Source of the DNA: the human T2T-CHM13v2.0 reference genome, Homo sapiens
Strand: one strand, 5' to 3'
NCBI RefSeq assembly: GCF_009914755.1
Contig: NC_060931.1
Length of the DNA stretch: 64,000 nt
Shown here: positions 63,560 through 64,000 of the stretch, piece by piece
Layout: each line of letters opens with the position of its first letter
Position numbering within the stretch: position 1 is the stretch's first letter
Translations under genes and position numbers: made by a program
Notes under the pieces: generated by a model
What the model saw: only the letters and a program-made list of their open reading frames with translations
What the model was told of the DNA's origin: nothing
Database searches by the model: none

Positions 63560-64000
63560 CCTCTCCGGGTGGCATCAGGCCCCCATCACAGCGAAGGCTG
63601 GGTGGTGGGGGCACTGCGCTCAGGGGGGCCGTCCCGCCCTGTGGCCCGGGGGCGATTTCCCGCACCGGAGGGCTGCAGGGAGGGGGCGTGGTGGCGCCCT
63701 CGAGATTTATGAGAACCAGGCGTCGACTTCCTCCGTTGCGACATCCAGGCCTCCTCCAGGCTCCCATTGTCCCTGCTGCGGAGAGTCTGGCCACAGCGGC
63801 GGCTCCCGCGAAGCACCCGTCAGCGAGGGGCGCTTCGAGGGCGTCCGCGTCCCATACACCCGCCACGCAGGACATTCCCCCGGCCCCACGCTCCGCGCTC
63901 CCGGGGCCACCACCACCGCGGGCTCGAGGGGTGGCCTCCACGAGGAGGAGTGGGAGTCCCGCGCCTGGCCTGGGGCCGGCTCGGCGACATGGGGACCCCC
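63560..64000. promoter_or_regulatory. Start of a CpG island, probably the SH2B2 promoter region
   Basis: Sharp rise in CpG density; GC boxes (gggagggggcgtgg, tcccgccc); continues off the window end. Confidence 0.7.

Overview
Human (primate) genomic DNA, very Alu-dense, covering the 3' part of the CUX1 locus (7q22.1) on the + strand. The window contains, in order: (i) the last four coding exons of the CUX1/CDP transcription factor (CUT repeat 3, homeodomain and the acidic Ala/Pro-rich C-terminus ending ...EEPIEWEF*, 4249-25926); (ii) an Alu-free 3'UTR of about 9 kb with several poly(A) signals; (iii) the nine alternative 3' exons (50755-~61365) encoding the C-terminus and transmembrane anchor of the Golgi golgin CASP, which shares its N-terminus with CUX1; (iv) a probable upstream coding exon and the start of the CpG island of the next gene, SH2B2. 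All 13 CUX1/CASP exons were checked by hand for GT-AG boundaries and phase. Interspersed repeats include roughly 65 Alus or Alu fragments, a solo LTR13 with a 6-bp TSD, an MST-type MaLR, a MADE1 MITE, and L1M, L2 and MIR fragments. Almost all ORFs in the supplied track are Alu-derived or GC-rich shadow frames. I see no wholly new gene system. The best leads are latent splice products readable from the sequence: a +4 tandem donor giving an NMD-escaping, TM-less CASP; homeodomain-exon skipping into a 188-aa Arg-rich alternative frame; in-frame CUT-domain-to-CASP-TMD chimeras; a cluster of AG|GT recursive/poison-exon signals in intron 20; and a MADE1 hairpin with matching substitutions on both arms. 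All are hypotheses that need RNA data.
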